A DNA stretch of 64,000 bases from an uncultured Marinilabiliaceae bacterium (GTDB lineage: Bacteria; Bacteroidota; Bacteroidia; Bacteroidales; VadinHA17): assembly GCA_942491535.1 (NCBI GenBank), contig CALOBV010000024.1:67390-131389 (forward strand). The letters are read 5' to 3'. The notes under the pieces were generated by a model, which worked only from the letters and a program-made list of their open reading frames with translations, was not told the DNA's origin and ran no database searches. Each line of letters starts with the position of its first letter. The first letter of the stretch is position 1. Made by a program: the position numbers and the translations under genes. This document shows, piece by piece, positions 29,523-39,424 of this stretch.

Positions 29523-30171
29523 TAACGATTACTCCGTCAATTATTTCAATCGTTCTGTCAGACATTCCTGCAAGATCACGATCGTGGGTCACAATAATGA
29601 TGGTTTGTCCAAAGCGATCTCTCAGATCAAAAAATAACCTGTGAAGTTCTTGCTTATTCTCAGTATCCAGGTTTCCGGATGGCTCATCTGCCAGAATCAC
29701 GGAGGGATTATTCACAAGAGCTCGCGCTACAGCTACTCTCTGCTGCTCGCCTCCACTCAATTCGGAGGGCTTATGATCAAGTCTGCTGGATAATCCAAGG
29801 TAGTTAAGCAGCTCGGATGCCCTTTCTTCAGCCTCTGATCTTGACTTGCCGGCGATATAAGCAGGAATACATACGTTCTCGATTGCAGAGAATTCAGGCA
29901 GCAACTGGTGGAACTGAAATACAAAGCCTATCTCCTGGTTCCTGAATTTGGATATGGCTTTTGGTGCAAGATTGTTTATCTCCCTATTTCTGTATTTTAT
30001 TAAACCGCCATCTGGCCTGTCGAGTGTACCCATTATTTGAAGAAGTGTTGTTTTTCCTGCACCACTTGGCCCCACAATGCAGATAATCTCCTTCTCTTTT
30101 ACTTCAAGATTAATCCCCTTTAAGACCTTGAGGTCACCGTAGGACTTAGTAATATTTGAAACTGAAATCAT
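29515..30171 (-). CDS. ABC transporter ATP-binding protein (LolD/FtsE-like)
   Basis: 218 aa with Walker [10 protein letters not shown], signature LSGGEQQRV and Walker B VILADEP. Confidence 0.85.
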   Translation of the reverse strand: MISVSNITKSYGDLKVLKGINLEVKEKEIICIVGPSGAGKTTLLQIMGTLDRPDGGLIKYRNREINNLAPKAISKFRNQEIGFVFQFHQLLPEFSAIENVCIPAYIAGKSRSEAEERASELLNYLGLSSRLDHKPSELSGGEQQRVAVARALVNNPSVILADEPSGNLDTENKQELHRLFFDLRDRFGQTIIIVTHDRDLAGMSDRTIEIIDGVIVND

Positions 30172-30196
30172 AATTAGCCGGTCTGTATAATTCTTA

Positions 30197-31138
30197 TTAA
30201 AGATAAATAAAGAATAGAAACAGGATATACGACATTACCAGAATTAAACCCTTCCATCTGCTAAGCTTAGATCCTTTAACAGGCAGTATCAATAGCATAA
30301 GTAATATAGATATAGCCAGCATATACCAGAGATCAAATGTAAGCACCCCGGTGTCTTGAATACTTATTGGCGCTATTGAAGATGTAATACCCAGTATTGC
30401 AAGGATATTAAAAATATTCGAACCTATTATATTGCCAATTGATATTTCGTTCTGTTTCCTTGCTGCCGCTACTGCCGATGTAGCCAGTTCGGGCAGACTT
30501 GTTCCAAGTGCTATTACCGAGACAGATATAACTCTTTCGCTTACATTTAAGTTTCTTGCTATTTCGGATGCCCCCTTTACAAGAAAATCGGCCCCAATTA
30601 CAAGAGCCAGGCTTGACACTAAGATAAGGAGAATTGATATTAGTACAGAGTATCTTATTATTGGAGGCATCCCAATACCATTTCTGAGCTCTTTCCTTGA
30701 ATGCTTAAGTACTACATAAAGAAATAAGATCAGAAGAATTACCATTATTATACCCTCAGGTCTTGATAATTGTCTCCCTGTAAACAGGAATACTATCAGG
30801 ATAAGGCTTACAGCAAGCATAACAGCCCAATCCCTGATTACAGCCCTGGTATTAACAAAATATGGTGTAATTATTACTGTAAGGGCCAGAACCAGTCCGA
30901 TATTGGAAATATTACTTCCGATTACATTGCCCAGGGAGATATCTGGGTGACCTGATAATGCAGCATCAAGGCTAACTACAAGCTCTGGAGCAGAAGTCCC
31001 AAACGAAACAACTGTAACACCCACAACAAGAGCCGAAATCTTAAAATGGCCGGCCAGCGACACTCCTCCTCTTACCAGGAATTCACCTCCTGCCAGGAGC
31101 AAGATAAGGCCGGCAATAAGGTAGAGAGATTGTTGCAT
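30197..31138 (-). CDS. CaCA-family calcium/sodium antiporter (YrbG-like)
   Basis: 313 aa and polytopic, with two alpha-repeat motifs: [15 protein letters not shown] and [16 protein letters not shown]. Confidence 0.85.
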   Translation of the reverse strand: MQQSLYLIAGLILLLAGGEFLVRGGVSLAGHFKISALVVGVTVVSFGTSAPELVVSLDAALSGHPDISLGNVIGSNISNIGLVLALTVIITPYFVNTRAVIRDWAVMLAVSLILIVFLFTGRQLSRPEGIIMVILLILFLYVVLKHSRKELRNGIGMPPIIRYSVLISILLILVSSLALVIGADFLVKGASEIARNLNVSERVISVSVIALGTSLPELATSAVAAARKQNEISIGNIIGSNIFNILAILGITSSIAPISIQDTGVLTFDLWYMLAISILLMLLILPVKGSKLSRWKGLILVMSYILFLFFIYL

Positions 31139-31167
31139 TTATGGTAGTTTTGGGAGGGAAGAAAAGC

Positions 31168-31431
31168 CTATTTCATCTTTTTATTGAATGTGTCGGACAC
31201 ATCTTTTATATCCTTGCCAACAGTATCGGTAATATCCTTAATATCCTCCTTTACTTCCTTTGTGCTCTCATTAAACTCCTTCTTAATATCGTCTGTTGCC
31301 TTACGGAACTCGCGCATTCCTTTACCCAGTCCTTTTGCAATATCCGGAATTTTGTTTGCACCAAAAAGGATCAGCGCAACCGCCATGATAATAAATATTT
31401 CCTGTCCGCTAATAAATAAATATACTCCCAT
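31168..31431 (-). CDS. tatA: Twin-arginine translocase subunit TatA/E
   Basis: 87 aa. It has a single TM ([11 protein letters not shown]), then [21 protein letters not shown], an amphipathic helix and an acidic tail. Confidence 0.85.
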   Translation of the reverse strand: MGVYLFISGQEIFIIMAVALILFGANKIPDIAKGLGKGMREFRKATDDIKKEFNESTKEVKEDIKDITDTVGKDIKDVSDTFNKKMK

Positions 31432-31450
31432 TTCTTAAGGAATTAATGTG

Positions 31451-31458
31451 CAAATTTA
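31451..31458 (-). promoter_or_regulatory. Candidate -7 box (TAAATTTG) for tatA
   Basis: TAnnTTTG match 20 nt upstream of the ATG at 31431. Confidence 0.5.
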
Positions 31459-31468
31459 ATCTAAATAA

Positions 31469-31545
31469 GACGAAAGACAAAGGACAAACGATAAAAGGAA
31501 AGGGCTAAGAGCTATGGGCTAAGAGCCAGGGGTAAAAGGAGTACA
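31469..31545 (+). repeat. Purine-rich degenerate heptad tract, 11 heptads each starting with G
   Basis: The tract reads GACGAAA GACAAAG GACAAAC GATAAAA GGAAAGG GCTAAGA GCTATGG GCTAAGA GCCAGGG GTAAAAG GAGTACA, read directly. Confidence 0.7.
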
Positions 31546-31577
31546 AAAAAAGCGCCCCGAATCGGGGCGCTTTTTTT
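31544..31577. terminator. Bidirectional intrinsic terminator (downstream of secDF)
   Basis: AAAAAAA-GCGCCCCG-AATC-GGGGCGC-TTTTTTT. A GC-rich stem is flanked by A7 and T7 runs, 17 nt after the secDF stop codon. Confidence 0.85.
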
Positions 31578-31593
31578 ATATCGCAATATCCAG

Positions 31594-34500
31594 TTATTTC
31601 TTTTTTCGGCTCATAAGTACTCTTTCTGTTTCTCCTTTGGCGATTGTATCATAAACAATCGGTGTAGCAACAAAGAGAGATGAGTAGGTACCTACAACAA
31701 CACCTACCATAAGTGCAAATATGAAGCCCCGTATAACTTCTCCTCCAAAAATAAAGATCGACAGCAGAACAACAAAGGTACTGAGTGATGTACTGAATGT
31801 TCGGCTTACTGTACTGTTAAGGGCAAGGTTCAATATTTCTGTCCGTCCACGTTTCCTGTATAATCCCATATACTCCCTTATTCGGTCAAATACAACCACC
31901 GTATCATTTATCGAGTATCCTACAACCGTAAGAATTGCAGCAATAAATGCCTGGTCGATCTCAAGTGAGAATGGGAAAATTCCATAGCCTATGGAGAATA
32001 AACCAAGTACTATCAATGAGTCGTGTATAAGAGCCACTATTGCTCCCAGTCCAAACTGCCAGTTTCTGAATCGCAGAAGGATATAAAGGAAAATAATAAC
32101 GAGTGACAATCCTATTGCCCATGCTGCTTTCACTTTTATATCGTCGGCAATAGTAGGCCCTACTGTTTCTGAACTCTGCCGGTATTCCGACATAAATGTT
32201 TCCTTATCGACCCCCTCGAGCATGGGTGCCAGTCCCTGGTAAAGCATATCTTCAACTTCTGATTCTGCTTCAGGTTCGTCTATCCTGTATTTCGTTGTTA
32301 TTTTAACCTGGTTTTCATTTCCAAATGTTACAACATTTGGTGATTCGCCATAAACTACGGAAAGAGCAGTCGCTATTTCCGATGTAACAACCGGTTCCTC
32401 AAATCTTACGACATATGACCTACCGCCTGAGAAATCGATGCCCGGGTTAAGACCCTTTGTTAACAGGGAGACAATACCAAGTAATACTATGATACCAGAT
32501 ACTGCATAAAATATCTTCCTCTTTCCAATAAAATCAATTTTAAGATTTTTGAAAAGATTCTCTGTCATTTTGGTTGAGAATGTAAGCTTTATATTCCTCT
32601 TAAGGAATGACTCATAGATCAACCTGGTAATAAAGATTGCTGTAAAGAGCGACGTTATAATACCAATTACCAGAGTAGTAGCAAAACCTTTTATCGGTCC
32701 GGTTCCAAAAACCATAAGTACAACACCTGTTAATAGAGTAGTTACGTTTGCATCAATAATAGCAGAGTATGCATTCTTATAACCATCAGCTATGGCGAGC
32801 TTAACTCCCTTACCCAACCTGAGTTCTTCCTTGATCCTTTCATAGATCAGTACGTTTGCATCAACCGACATACCAATGGTAAGGACAATACCCGCAATAC
32901 CGGGCAATGTAAGGACAGCACCAAGTGATGCAAGTACCCCCATAATAAAGAACATATTAACAATCAGGGCTATATCTGCTACCAGCCCGGCTTTGCGGCT
33001 ATACCAGAATATCATATACATAAGCACAACAACGAAGGCAATAAGGAAGGATGTCAGACCATCCTGAATTGCCTCTTTACCAAGTGAAGGACCAACAACC
33101 GTGTCCTGTATTACCTTGGCCGGTGCCGGTAGTTTACCTGACTTAAGAATATTAGAAAGGTCTTCTGCACTCTCTATGGTAAATCCACCTGTTATTTCTG
33201 AACTACCACCCTTGATCTCACCTGATGAGCGTGGAGCTGACTGAACATAACCATCGAGAACGACAGCTATGCATCTGTTTGCATTCTCACGTGTCATTCT
33301 TGCCCATATTTTTGCACCCTCTGCATTCATCGACATATCAACCTTTGGTTCAGATCCACCTGATTGTGAATATGATACCCTTGCAGATGTAATTACATCT
33401 CCATCCAGAGGCGCTCTGCCATCGCGGGTTGTAACTTTTATTGCATGAAGTTCATACTGTGTTCTGGTATCATCAAAGTCAGAAGGGCTTGAACTCCACA
33501 TAAATTTAATATCCCTGGGGAATAAAGATCTTATCTGGTTCATCGACAGATACTCCATTACTTTGGCCGTATCCCTGTAGTGAGAATAACCTATCACACT
33601 TCTGGTCATTGGCTGACCATTTTGGTCGACAGAAGGACGCAAAATTCCAAAAAGAGGATTTTGAAGTTTGAACTCCTCAAGCGTTGCAGGCTCTTCTACT
33701 TCGGTTGAATCCTTTATCATCTCAAGCAGCGATTCCCCTGCTACAGTAGTATCCTGTTCTGTAGCGACAAGGTCTTCCAGGGAATTTACTTCACCCTCGG
33801 TTGCTGCAGTTTCTTTTTCTTTTCTGGAGGCAAGTTCTTCTTCCTGGAAGGCTGTAAGCATGCTATTAGCTTCAGCCAGGAAATTTATAATTTCCGGATT
33901 CTCATAGGTTTCCCAGAATTCCAGTTTTGCTGTTCCCTGCAAAAGTTCCCTGACTCTTTCCGGATCCTTAACTCCAGGCAGTTCAACCAGGATTCTCCCT
34001 CTGGCTTCAAGCTGAGATATGTTAGGTTGAGAAACACCGTAGCGGTCTATCCTGTTTCGCAGAATATTGAAGGCGTTATCGATAGCGCTATCTGTTTCGT
34101 CTGTCAGAACATCGAGAACCTGGGCGTTCGTGGTATTAAAATTGATACGGTCTTTTAATTCTATCGTTCCGAAGATTGCAGCCAGACTGGCATTAGGATC
34201 CAATTCTGCAAATGATTCTCCAAATAGTTCAATAAAATTCCTCTGACTTCCCCTTTTCTTTTCATTTGCCATGGCTATGGCTTCATTAAAGGTCTTGTCG
34301 GTACTGTAATTAGACAGTGCCCTTACAATATCCTCAACCTTTACTTCGAGAATAACGTTCATACCACCTTTAAGGTCAAGTCCCAGGTTAATTTCCTTAG
34401 ACTGTACTTCCCTGAATGTATTACCGAGATAGCTCCATTCATCTTCACTTAGAGAAGCGATAGAGTCTAGATATGCCGATTCAGCCTTTAAATCACCATT

Positions 34501-34617
34501 TGAGGCTTCACGAGCCTCCTTCTTTACCTTGCTGGAAACACCTGTAAACGATAGCTGATAAAGTGAAACCAGGGCTAATGCAATGGCCAAAAATAGAATT
34601 GCTCCCTTGTTTTGCAT
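31594..34617 (-). CDS. secDF: Protein translocase subunit SecDF (fused SecD-SecF)
   Basis: 1007 aa. It has a large periplasmic domain after TM1 and two 6-TM halves (DANVLIYERIKEE in the SecD part, NDTVVVFDRIRE in the SecF part). Confidence 0.9.
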   Translation of the reverse strand: MQNKGAILFLAIALALVSLYQLSFTGVSSKVKKEAREASNGDLKAESAYLDSIASLSEDEWSYLGNTFREVQSKEINLGLDLKGGMNVILEVKVEDIVRALSNYSTDKTFNEAIAMANEKKRGSQRNFIELFGESFAELDPNASLAAIFGTIELKDRINFNTTNAQVLDVLTDETDSAIDNAFNILRNRIDRYGVSQPNISQLEARGRILVELPGVKDPERVRELLQGTAKLEFWETYENPEIINFLAEANSMLTAFQEEELASRKEKETAATEGEVNSLEDLVATEQDTTVAGESLLEMIKDSTEVEEPATLEEFKLQNPLFGILRPSVDQNGQPMTRSVIGYSHYRDTAKVMEYLSMNQIRSLFPRDIKFMWSSSPSDFDDTRTQYELHAIKVTTRDGRAPLDGDVITSARVSYSQSGGSEPKVDMSMNAEGAKIWARMTRENANRCIAVVLDGYVQSAPRSSGEIKGGSSEITGGFTIESAEDLSNILKSGKLPAPAKVIQDTVVGPSLGKEAIQDGLTSFLIAFVVVLMYMIFWYSRKAGLVADIALIVNMFFIMGVLASLGAVLTLPGIAGIVLTIGMSVDANVLIYERIKEELRLGKGVKLAIADGYKNAYSAIIDANVTTLLTGVVLMVFGTGPIKGFATTLVIGIITSLFTAIFITRLIYESFLKRNIKLTFSTKMTENLFKNLKIDFIGKRKIFYAVSGIIVLLGIVSLLTKGLNPGIDFSGGRSYVVRFEEPVVTSEIATALSVVYGESPNVVTFGNENQVKITTKYRIDEPEAESEVEDMLYQGLAPMLEGVDKETFMSEYRQSSETVGPTIADDIKVKAAWAIGLSLVIIFLYILLRFRNWQFGLGAIVALIHDSLIVLGLFSIGYGIFPFSLEIDQAFIAAILTVVGYSINDTVVVFDRIREYMGLYRKRGRTEILNLALNSTVSRTFSTSLSTFVVLLSIFIFGGEVIRGFIFALMVGVVVGTYSSLFVATPIVYDTIAKGETERVLMSRKKK

Positions 34618-34674
34618 TGTAACTTAGTTTATTGAAAAATTATTTAATTCTTTTTATCTCTTTTTACGGACGTG

Positions 34675-34682
34675 CAAAGATA
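34675..34682 (-). promoter_or_regulatory. Candidate -7 box (TATCTTTG) for secDF
   Basis: TAnnTTTG match about 58 nt upstream of the ATG at 34617. Confidence 0.45.
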
Positions 34683-34711
34683 TTAAATTTTTCGAAAAAG
34701 GTTTAGTATAT

Positions 34712-34880
34712 GATTGGAAGATTGAAGATTAAAGATTATAAGATTGCTTATGGAGATAATTACTGCTGATTCGAGCTATTTAGGCTAAAATAGAGCAGGA
34801 TACCGGTACCCTGAGTATCCCATACGCCAACACCCAAACACACCCCAACACTCCAACACCCCAACACCCCAACACTCAAA
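34712..34880. repeat. Two low-complexity tracts: GATT-type heptads (34712-34746) and a C/A-only octamer-like tract (34827-34880)
   Basis: The first tract reads GATTGGA AGATTGA AGATTAA AGATTAT AAGATTG. The second reads CCAACACCCAAACACACCCCAACACTCCAACACCCCAACACCCCAACACTC. Between them lies GGGATACTCAGGGTACCGGTATCC, which recalls the family-A leader. Confidence 0.7.
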
Positions 34881-34890
34881 TTACCCTGTC

Positions 34891-36375
34891 TTACTCAATC
34901 ATCAGATCAAAATCTGCTTCAAGGGCTACTCCTTTCTCAAAATCAAAAAGGGTCAGCTGGCGAAGGTTATAGTAATACGACCAGTAACTCTGGATGGCCT
35001 GAATAAATCCACGTCTGTTCTCATCCTTTTTGGTATCGGCATTATTCAGCTCGAGTACATCGACATTACCAATTAAGAACCTTTGCTTGGTTACCTCGTA
35101 CATCTTCATTGCAACAGTATCAGATTTTGCAGCAATTAACACCTGATCGTCCTGTAGGTTAAACTGTGCTACATCCAGAAAGAGGTTCTCCTCAAAATCT
35201 ATCCTTGATTGCTGTACTGTGGTTTTTATTACCTCTTCGTTCGATTGCGCCATCCTGTACCGACCTTTCCTGAGGCCCCAGTCGACAATAGGCACAGTAA
35301 AACCAATACTTATCCTCTGCTGGTCATCGAGCGCCTGGTAGGCCCCCGGTATTTCAATGTCCTGGCCTTTAAGTCCATAGCTGAGATTCATATTTGCATT
35401 AAGTCCTTTCTCAGCCTTTGCCTGAGCGACGCTCTGCCTGGCCTCAAGCAATTGCACATCGTAGCCAATCATTTCAGGATTATTTTCGAGGGCTTTATTA
35501 AGCACAGTTGCAGCATCCACTTCAAAATTAGGAGTAGTAGTAGGTATAATAAGCTCTATAGTAACATTCTCCCTGAAGCCCAAAAAAGATCGTAACCTCT
35601 GCTCGGTATCGCTCAGATTATTTCTGGCGGAATGCCTTGCAGTTTCGGCATTCAGGAACGACAGCTCCATCTGCAGTAGTTCATTTTCAGCAATTGTTCC
35701 CAGGTTATATCTCCCCTGCGCAAGCCTGTAAAGGGTATCGGCATTGGCATAGTTCATATCGGCTATTTCCATATTTATCTGGGCCAGTGCAAGCTGGAAA
35801 AATCGCATTACAGCACGTGCATGCACGTCCTCAACAGCCTCGATGTATGTCTTTTTGGCTTCATCGTATTTAAGCGGCTCAATCTGTTTCTGCCACTTAA
35901 GTTCGTTATACCTGAAAAGAGGCTGATTAATATTTATACTGATAGGTGTGGATATATACTGAGTTGAACCATCATCACCCAGAACATCAAACTGCCTGAA
36001 GTCAGATTCCAATGATACTGTTCCCCCGGTAATTCCAATATTCTGTTCGAGTGACAGTGTTCCCTGGAATGAATTAGTATTCTTCTCTACATAATATTCC
36101 TGTCCGCTCTGGTAATCATATTCCCTCTCAAAGCTCCTGTTATAATCGGGCAAGGTACCGGAAAGCATAAGTGATGGCAGATATTCCGCCTTGAAAGTTC
36201 TGAACTGCCAGTAGCTGGCCCTGAATCTGTGTTTCGCAAGTATTGCGTCAAGAGACTGCTCTTCCGATAATTTTATAACTTCATCCAGGCCGACCTTCAT
36301 TTTTGTTTGTGAAGAAGCGTCAAACGATCCTGCCAATGCTACTAGAACGAAAACATAACTTATTATTCTTCTCAT
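34891..36375 (-). CDS. TolC-family outer membrane efflux protein
   Basis: The likely start is MRRIISYVFVLVALAG at 36375. The track ORF is extended back into the upstream gene. TolC repeat architecture is present, and it is the last gene of the adaptor-permease-TolC locus. Confidence 0.8.
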   Translation of the reverse strand: MRRIISYVFVLVALAGSFDASSQTKMKVGLDEVIKLSEEQSLDAILAKHRFRASYWQFRTFKAEYLPSLMLSGTLPDYNRSFEREYDYQSGQEYYVEKNTNSFQGTLSLEQNIGITGGTVSLESDFRQFDVLGDDGSTQYISTPISININQPLFRYNELKWQKQIEPLKYDEAKKTYIEAVEDVHARAVMRFFQLALAQINMEIADMNYANADTLYRLAQGRYNLGTIAENELLQMELSFLNAETARHSARNNLSDTEQRLRSFLGFRENVTIELIIPTTTPNFEVDAATVLNKALENNPEMIGYDVQLLEARQSVAQAKAEKGLNANMNLSYGLKGQDIEIPGAYQALDDQQRISIGFTVPIVDWGLRKGRYRMAQSNEEVIKTTVQQSRIDFEENLFLDVAQFNLQDDQVLIAAKSDTVAMKMYEVTKQRFLIGNVDVLELNNADTKKDENRRGFIQAIQSYWSYYYNLRQLTLFDFEKGVALEADFDLMIE

Positions 36376-36391
36376 CTTTCTTTTAATATTT

Positions 36392-37767
36392 TTATTCGTA
36401 TCTGAGTGATTCAATCGGGTCTCTTTCTGCTGCTCTCTTAGCCGGAGAATAACCGAACACAATTCCAACAGCAGCTGAAACGCCAAATGCAATTAATACA
36501 GAACCTACAGACACAATTGTAAGTATTCCTGCCAGTTCTTCTATTAATTTAGAAAATACTATTCCCAGAAATATTCCAATAAGGCCTCCGGTTACACTAA
36601 TCAGAATTGCCTCAGATAAAAACTGAACAACTATATCCATCTTTTTAGCACCTATTGCCATTCGTGTGCCAATTTCCTTAATCCTTTCCATTACTGAAGC
36701 AAACATAATATTCATAATCCCTATACCTCCTACAACCAGGGATATACTGGCTATTGCACCCAGCACTATATTAAAGATATCCTTTGTTCTTTGCTGCTGC
36801 TTCAGCAGTAGCTCGGGTACTGTAATTTCAAAATCCTTCACTTTTGAATGCCGTCTCATTATCATTCTACTCAATACTTCTGTGGATGCATTAAGCCGTT
36901 CGGTCTCATCGATCTGAACAACGATGCGGTCGAGCTGATGATAATTACTTGAAGCACTCTGGTTTGGGTCAGAGCTACCTGTACTGGAAACCTGAACGCT
37001 CATATGGCTTCTCCCTCCCCCGATTCTAATATTTGTGTTTGCCTGGGTAGCAAGTTTTGTATTTACCAGAGCCCTGTTCTGGTATCTCATAAGCATGGTT
37101 TTAATCGGTATATAGATGTTATCATTATACACATTTACTCCCGTCTCCTCATACCCTGTAAGATTAACATCATTCTTTTCGAGAACACCAATTACCTTCA
37201 GCCAGACACCATCAAACTTGATGTACTGCCCGATAGGATCTATTTTTGAAAAGAACTTGGCTCTGATATTTGCTCCGATCAAACAAACCTGGATCCCAAA
37301 CTCTTCGTGATAGTCGGTAAAATAGTACCCCCCTCAAGAGGCAGGTTATACAAACCAAAATAATCGTTGGTTACGCCAACCAGTTTGGCCGGATACCTCG
37401 TACCATTTAACACTACATTTGAGTTATAGGAGATTTGAGGACTTATGCGGTTCACAGACGGAATAATTTCCCGGATAGCCTCGACATCGAGCATAGAAAG
37501 ACCTCTTGAGAATTTATTTTGCTGCATCTCGCCCTCTTCCTCGGATGAATCATCTAACTCTATTATTGGTGTAATCAGAATATTGTTAACACCAACCATT
37601 TCCATCTGCTCAAGTATCTCCTGTTGCGCACCCTTACCTATTGCCAGCATACTGATAACAGCAGCCACGCCAAATATTATTCCAAGGGCAGTCAGGATAG
37701 ACTTAAGTTTATTTGCAAGTATTGCCTCAAAAGCAATTATTACATCATGAAAATATCTCTTAATCAT
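36392..37767 (-). pseudogene. MacB-like ABC permease (MacB_PCD + FtsX) split by one frameshift in a C6/G6 homopolymer (37328-37333)
   Basis: The N-terminal ORF ends LPLEGGTILPTITKSLGSRFV-stop. Reading one more G gives LEGGYYFTDYHEEFGIQVCLIGANIRAKFF, which continues into the C-terminal ORF. This may be a real mutation, a slip-strand variant or an assembly error. Confidence 0.7.
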
Positions 37768-37778
37768 AATACTTCTTA

Positions 37779-39266
37779 TTAGTTTCCGGCCGGCACCTGT
37801 CTCGATTGCCCACCACCGGATTGTCCGCCCTGACGACCACCGCCAGACTCACGCATGCGGGTCATTAACTCCTGTCTTTCTTCGTCGCTCATATTTTTAA
37901 GCCTTTCCTGCATCTCAGGAGTCATCTGGCGTCCGCTACCGGCACCTTTTTCATCCACCTGGTTTCCCTTTTCGGCCTCTTCTCTCTTCTTTCTTATCTT
38001 TTCCTTTATCACTTCTCTTAACTCCTCACCCTGCCATTTTTGGGATTCACTATCCTCCGGGGAACTTAAATAAAGCTCATCACCAAATTCCAGTCCCTGC
38101 TCTACAATAACCTCATTCTCATTTGATTCACTTAAAACAACTATCTGGCGTGTATTATTTTTCATGTATACAAAAGGAATACTATCTAAAGTAGCATGTA
38201 CACACTCAAGCGGTATTGACAATACATTGTCAAACTCCTTCGTTACAATCATATTTCCTGTTGTCATCGAAGGCCTTAGTATAGGATCTGACCCATTAAC
38301 CTCTATTATTACCTCAAAAACCTTTGCGTCAGTATTTGGAAGCTGTTCGCCTATATTAGCCACCTCCTTAACCAGTCCGGTATATCTTTTCTCGGGAAAG
38401 GCATCAACAGTAATCCTTACTTCCTGGCCCTTTTCAACCTTACTAATATCAATTTCATTTACATAGGTCTTGGATATCATTGTTGAGAGATCAGGCAATG
38501 TCGCAACAACAGGATCCCATGGACTTATTCCCGATCCCACCTTCCTCTTCTCACCACTCCATTCTCTTTTATAGATTACCATTCCGGGAGCAGGCGCAAT
38601 AATTGTAAACTGGTCTATAACGTCCCTCATCTCTGTAACCTTATTTCTTTGTTTCTGCAGATCCAGGAATGTTTCCCTTACATCTGCTTTAGCCTGCTGA
38701 ACTTTCAGAATATAGTTCTTTTGAGACTGCTCATACGCTCTTTGTGATTTATCCAGGTTAATCTGGTTCTGCCTTATTGTTGTAGGAGGTTCATATTTTG
38801 ACTGCTCAAGTGTAAGCTCTGCCTCCTCCATATTATACTTAAGGTTTACCAGGTCATCTCTTAAATCCCCGAGGCTAATCGTTGTATCGAGCTTCTTCAT
38901 AGAATATTCATTCTCTGCAGTCTCAAGTTTATCCAGCTCATCCTTATAGGTATTGTCGGCATCAGACCTGTCGAGAGTTGCAACGTAATCTCCTTTTTCC
39001 ACAACGGTACCTTCGGGGATCAGATCCTGGATAAGAATCTCACGAAACCTCATATTCCGGCTCGATAAGCCATCAGGTCCTTTTATTTCAGTAGAACTTT
39101 CAGCCTGTAATTCTCCTGTTGTAGTAACGACTATCTCAAACAATCCCTGCTTTACCTCTACAAACAAAAGTGATTTATCATCTTTCTTTGTGAGTGAATT
39201 AAAAACTATCAGTGCAATTATGGCTACACTAATAACAATTCCTGAAATGATCAATGTTTTTTTCAT
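37779..39266 (-). CDS. HlyD/MFP-family periplasmic adaptor (MacA-like) with a Gly/Gln-rich tail
   Basis: 495 aa with an N-terminal anchor, a long coiled-coil hairpin and a beta-barrel domain. The C-terminus is GGGRQGGQSGGGQSRQ. Confidence 0.8.
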   Translation of the reverse strand: MKKTLIISGIVISVAIIALIVFNSLTKKDDKSLLFVEVKQGLFEIVVTTTGELQAESSTEIKGPDGLSSRNMRFREILIQDLIPEGTVVEKGDYVATLDRSDADNTYKDELDKLETAENEYSMKKLDTTISLGDLRDDLVNLKYNMEEAELTLEQSKYEPPTTIRQNQINLDKSQRAYEQSQKNYILKVQQAKADVRETFLDLQKQRNKVTEMRDVIDQFTIIAPAPGMVIYKREWSGEKRKVGSGISPWDPVVATLPDLSTMISKTYVNEIDISKVEKGQEVRITVDAFPEKRYTGLVKEVANIGEQLPNTDAKVFEVIIEVNGSDPILRPSMTTGNMIVTKEFDNVLSIPLECVHATLDSIPFVYMKNNTRQIVVLSESNENEVIVEQGLEFGDELYLSSPEDSESQKWQGEELREVIKEKIRKKREEAEKGNQVDEKGAGSGRQMTPEMQERLKNMSDEERQELMTRMRESGGGRQGGQSGGGQSRQVPAGN

Positions 39267-39424
39267 TATGCTCGCTAATTTTCTATTTTTTTGTGCCCGA
39301 AATTACCATAATTCAGGCTCACAAATATCTATTTATTACTCATTTAACAATAATTAACAATATCATGTTGTCCCATCCTATTAACAGACAATGCATGTGA
39401 ATGGTTTATTCCACAAAATAAGTG

